Source: an uncultured virus (IMG/VR IMGVR_UViG_3300047546_001190)
Taxonomy: Duplodnaviria; Heunggongvirae; Uroviricota; Caudoviricetes
DNA: 20,000 nt
IMG/VR virus record: IMGVR_UViG_3300047546_001190
Reading direction: 5' to 3' (one strand)
The translations under genes were made by a program, and so were the position numbers. The notes under the pieces are model-generated. The model saw nothing but the letters and a program-made list of their open reading frames with translations. It searched no databases and was not told the DNA's origin. Below are positions 16,748 through 20,000 of this stretch, in pieces. Position 1 is the stretch's first letter, and every line of letters begins with the position of its first letter.

Positions 16748-17446
16748 ATGTCAGATGATCTATCTTCTTTCTTTAAGATAATATCTGAGGGTAAAAAGAA
16801 ACAAGAGGATGAATTCAATTCTCTTCTTGGAGAGGATTTTTTTGGTGAAAATTTTTTAGAGAATCTATTTGAGTCCGCTAAACCTAAACCAAAAAAGGAA
16901 AAACCAGAATCTTCGGAGGAAGAAGAGGAAGAAGATAGTGATGACGATGACGATATAGAAGAGTCTACTGATTTAAATTATGTAGATCAATACTTAGAAT
17001 TCATCAAAAAAACAGAGAAACCAAAAGAAGTTTCCGAATCCCTAGTAAATCCATCATCTAAAGAAATACAAGAACTAAAAAATCTTGTATGGCAATTAAT
17101 GCGGGATGTTCATGCTCATGGTGGTGGGGGAGAAGTAAATCTGGCATACATGGATGTGCCGATTACTTCAGTAACTTCATCATCATATTCAATAACTCTG
17201 AACGATTATTATATCGGAGTTAACTATGCTGGAGCAGTTTCCTTAACTCTTCCATCAGCAGATAGAGAGGGTAAAAAGTTTGTAGTAAAAGATGAACTTG
17301 GAGAAGCATCTAAGGGCACAAACAGACATATCACAATTCTACCAACAGGATCTGATTTGATTGACGGTAGAGATAAAGCAATTCTTGCTTATGATTATGG
17401 AAGTTTAACATTTATTTGGAAAGATAATTCCTGGAGGGTAGTCTAA
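16748..17446 (+). CDS. Hypothetical protein: acidic N-terminal half plus fibre/baseplate-type C-terminal beta domain
   Basis: Poly-E/D tract, GGGGE hinge, then LTLP..G..FVVKD..ITI...D.IDG...L....SLTF....W pattern typical of phage fibre-associated domains. Confidence 0.65.
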   Translation: MSDDLSSFFKIISEGKKKQEDEFNSLLGEDFFGENFLENLFESAKPKPKKEKPESSEEEEEEDSDDDDDIEESTDLNYVDQYLEFIKKTEKPKEVSESLVNPSSKEIQELKNLVWQLMRDVHAHGGGGEVNLAYMDVPITSVTSSSYSITLNDYYIGVNYAGAVSLTLPSADREGKKFVVKDELGEASKGTNRHITILPTGSDLIDGRDKAILAYDYGSLTFIWKDNSWRVV

Positions 17447-18705
17447 TGTCTCATTTATATGATCCGTTTAAACCAGAAATCGATGCTTTTGGTAGATTAA
17501 GAACATCGGATCCTTTTACTCTTGGTGACTATAAACACCTGTACTCTATCGATCCGGACTTTGTAGATGTTACATCTGGAGTAGGAGCAACTGTTAATTT
17601 CGAAAGAAATCAAGCAGCAGCAGTTCTTAGTTCTGGAATCAGTACTAATGGATTTTGTATTCATCAAACAAAGAGATATCATCACTACATGCCAGGTAAA
17701 TCTCAACTGGTTTACTCAACATTTAATTTTGGAACAGCACAGCAGAATGTTACCAAAAGAACTGGTTATTTTGATGATAATGACGGAATTTTCTTCGAGC
17801 AAGCACCAGATGGAACTCTAAGTTTTGTAATTAGATCCTATGTTACTGCAGGTATTGGAACAACAGAAAGAAGAATTCCTCAATCTCAGTGGAATAAGGA
17901 TAAACTTGATGGAAATGGAGTGTCTGGATTTAATTTAGACATTACAAAAACTCAATTATTTTTTACTGATTTTGAGTGGTTGGGAGTTGGTAGAGTTCGT
18001 TGTGGATTTAGTTTAGATGGTCTCAATATTGTAGCACACGAGTTTTACAATTCTAATGCGATCCCAACGGTCTATATGTCTAATCCAAATCTTCCAGTAA
18101 GATGTGAAGTTAGAAACAGTGGGACTCAAGTTGGAGCAGGCGGATCGTTTATTCAAATTTGTTCTACTGTTATGAGTGAAGGTGGATATACAGAAGTAGG
18201 AAGAGAATTTTCACACACAACTCCACTTAGAGTAGTTGGGGTTGGGACAACTGTTCCAATCATAGCAATACGATTGAAAAATTCCTTTAAAGGATATTCG
18301 AACAGAGCAACTATAAAACTTGAAGATATTACAGTATTCAGTAGTGGATCAAATGCAAAATATGAGGTTGTAAAACTAAGAAGCTCTGTCGGAATTAATA
18401 CAACAGGAACTTGGGTGTCCGAAAATACAGAATCAGTTGCAGAATATAATCAAACTGCTACTGGAATAAGCACCGATGTTTATTTTGAAGATTTTATGGG
18501 AGGTTATGCTGCTGGAGATAGTCAGAACATAACTAAACCATCAGCAACCACAGCACAAGCTCAATCTGGACCAACTTCAAAGAAAAACTTTTTATCACAA
18601 AACTTTTATTCTAATGATTCTGAAATTTTCTCTGTAAGAGTCACTAATGTTGGAAATGATCCTGCTAATGTTGGAGTTTCTATAAGGTGGAGAGAAATAT
18701 ATTAA
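17446..18705 (+). CDS. Hypothetical beta-rich protein, probably virion-associated (419 aa)
   Basis: TAATG-coupled to the upstream ORF; DAFGRLR N-terminus, FEWLGVGRVRCGF; beta-strand-rich composition. Confidence 0.65.
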   Translation: MSHLYDPFKPEIDAFGRLRTSDPFTLGDYKHLYSIDPDFVDVTSGVGATVNFERNQAAAVLSSGISTNGFCIHQTKRYHHYMPGKSQLVYSTFNFGTAQQNVTKRTGYFDDNDGIFFEQAPDGTLSFVIRSYVTAGIGTTERRIPQSQWNKDKLDGNGVSGFNLDITKTQLFFTDFEWLGVGRVRCGFSLDGLNIVAHEFYNSNAIPTVYMSNPNLPVRCEVRNSGTQVGAGGSFIQICSTVMSEGGYTEVGREFSHTTPLRVVGVGTTVPIIAIRLKNSFKGYSNRATIKLEDITVFSSGSNAKYEVVKLRSSVGINTTGTWVSENTESVAEYNQTATGISTDVYFEDFMGGYAAGDSQNITKPSATTAQAQSGPTSKKNFLSQNFYSNDSEIFSVRVTNVGNDPANVGVSIRWREIY

Positions 18706-18711
18706 TAAATA
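18705..18711 (+). promoter_or_regulatory. T4-type late promoter
   Basis: TAATAAATA overlapping the stop, 23 nt before ATG 18735. Confidence 0.65.
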
Positions 18712-18734
18712 ACTAAAAGTGTACTATAAAAATA

Positions 18735-19286
18735 ATGGCTCATAGACCAGTTGGATCTGGAGTTTCTTTTACCACATCCACAACTTCATCAAAATCATCG
18801 GCAATTTCTGGAAGAAGTAATGCTCTTCGTGTAGTGGCAACTGGTGCAAATGCTTTCGTTGCTATTGGAACAGAACCAACTGCAACAACAGGTGACTATT
18901 GTGTTCCAGCAGGAACTTCTGCAACACTCGCAATTGACAACGGATCTGCAAGAATCGTTGGAGTCACAACTGGTACTACTACATATGTAACTTTCCCCGA
19001 AGGACAAGCATCTCCTTTTGGTATTGGTGATTATGTGACTTTAACTGTTTCCAACCAAACATATTATAATTTCACTCATGCCCCCGTAATTCAAGTTTTC
19101 AATACCTCAAATTACGAAGGTTATTTTTCAACCAGAATTGGTATCGCAACAGACACATCTGGAATTGCTACCGCATTCTCAGATCCCGATGCTGTTTTAA
19201 GAAACTCATTCAAAGTTGCCGCAATTACTGATAGTGGCAGTGGAGTTCTCTACACACAACAAGTACAAATTAGCGGACAAGCCTAA
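18735..19286 (+). CDS. Thr/Ser/Gly-rich hypothetical protein, probably structural (183 aa)
   Basis: ORF track; own late promoter; abuts gp21. Confidence 0.7.
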   Translation: MAHRPVGSGVSFTTSTTSSKSSAISGRSNALRVVATGANAFVAIGTEPTATTGDYCVPAGTSATLAIDNGSARIVGVTTGTTTYVTFPEGQASPFGIGDYVTLTVSNQTYYNFTHAPVIQVFNTSNYEGYFSTRIGIATDTSGIATAFSDPDAVLRNSFKVAAITDSGSGVLYTQQVQISGQA

Positions 19287-19287
19287 A

Positions 19288-19938
19288 ATGAAACTCATCA
19301 GAGAAGAAATCGAACAAGTAGAATTTATCGTTGAAAACAAGAACGGTAAAAAATCACTCTTTATCGAAGGTGTATTCCTTCAGGGTAATATCAGAAACCG
19401 TAATGGTCGTATGTACCCTATGGAAACTCTTCGTCGTGAAGTTGCTCGTTATAATGAGAATCATGTTCTTCAAGGAAGAGCTCTTGGTGAACTTGGACAT
19501 CCCGATGGTCCTACAGTAAACCTTGATAGAGTTTCTCATAAAATTGTTTCCCTTAGAGAGAGTGGATCCAATTTTATCGGAAAAGCAAAGATTCTTTCTA
19601 CCCCCATGGGCAAGATCGCAGAATCTCTGATTTCTGAAGGTGTAAAACTCGGAGTTTCTTCCCGTGGTATTGGTTCACTCAAGTTAACTCGTGAGGGAAT
19701 CAATGTAGTTGGTGATGACTTTATGCTCGCAACTGCTGCTGACATCGTAGCAGATCCTTCTGCTCCTGATGCTTTTGTTGAAGGAATTATGGAAGGTAAA
19801 GAGTGGGTATGGGATGGTGGTATTCTCCGTGAAAAATATGCGGAGAAGACCTACAAGACTATTAACACTCTTGTAGATCAAAAAAGATTAGAGGAAAATA
19901 AGTTGAACTTATTCAACGATTTTCTCGCAAATCTTTAA
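19288..19938 (+). CDS. gp21: Prohead protease gp21
   Basis: True start MKLIREEIE at 19288; NRNGRMYP, catalytic His in GELGHP, catalytic Ser in GVSSRG, and DIVADPSAPDAFV. Confidence 0.96.
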   Translation: MKLIREEIEQVEFIVENKNGKKSLFIEGVFLQGNIRNRNGRMYPMETLRREVARYNENHVLQGRALGELGHPDGPTVNLDRVSHKIVSLRESGSNFIGKAKILSTPMGKIAESLISEGVKLGVSSRGIGSLKLTREGINVVGDDFMLATAADIVADPSAPDAFVEGIMEGKEWVWDGGILREKYAEKTYKTINTLVDQKRLEENKLNLFNDFLANL

Positions 19939-19940
19939 TT

Positions 19941-19948
19941 TATAAATA
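19941..19948 (+). promoter_or_regulatory. Perfect T4 late promoter TATAAATA
   Basis: Exact consensus, intergenic, followed by SD GGAG and ATG 19987. Confidence 0.85.
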
Positions 19949-19986
19949 AATATAGTTTATAACTAAAGGTTAAACGGAGAGTTCAA

Positions 19987-20000
19987 ATGTCTCGTGGAGA
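19987..20000 (+). CDS. gp22: Start of prohead scaffold protein gp22 (truncated by window end)
   Basis: Promoter plus SD plus ATG TCT CGT GGA; assignment rests on synteny after gp21, as only 4 codons are visible. Confidence 0.6.

Noticed and set aside
16915..16960. GAA/GAC trinucleotide run as a DNA repeat element
   Set aside because: It simply encodes the poly-Glu/Asp tract.
1404..19881. Short minus-strand and alternate-frame ORFs in the track (e.g. 6047-6256, 9451-9744, 13898-14194, 14604-14834, 16590-16781)
   Set aside because: All overlap well-supported plus-strand genes and show no recognisable motifs; treated as shadow ORFs.
1..20000. CRISPR array, tRNA, rRNA or DGR template/variable repeats
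   Set aside because: The window is almost fully coding with gaps of 80 nt or less; no spaced repeats, cloverleaf or long near-duplicate segments were noticed by eye.

Overview
AT-rich, all-plus-strand late (virion morphogenesis) operon of a T4-like myovirus. Protein signatures most resemble T4-like cyanophages (Kyanoviridae-type); the host is inferred, not shown. Order: VrlC/DUF4815-like structural gene apparently split into two ORFs, two small ORFs (one missed by the ORF track), gp13, gp14, gp15, gp16, a 543-aa modular basic protein, gp17, a small Zn-ribbon ORF, gp18, gp19, gp20, gp67-like, three accessory probable virion genes, gp21 and the start of gp22. T4-type late promoters (ATAAATA) precede many genes. 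Most notable: (1) the ORF between gp16 and gp17 reads like a polyprotein of small basic modules separated by gp21-type hydrophobic-X-E cleavage sites; (2) a multi-hairpin terminator/attenuator-like structure inside the 5' end of the portal gene; (3) an unannotated 54-aa ORF with NblA-like size and pattern coupled to gp13; (4) recurrent G-[IVL]-x-T motifs concentrated in probable external virion proteins; (5) fission of the VrlC-like gene at a Pro/Ser-rich linker.
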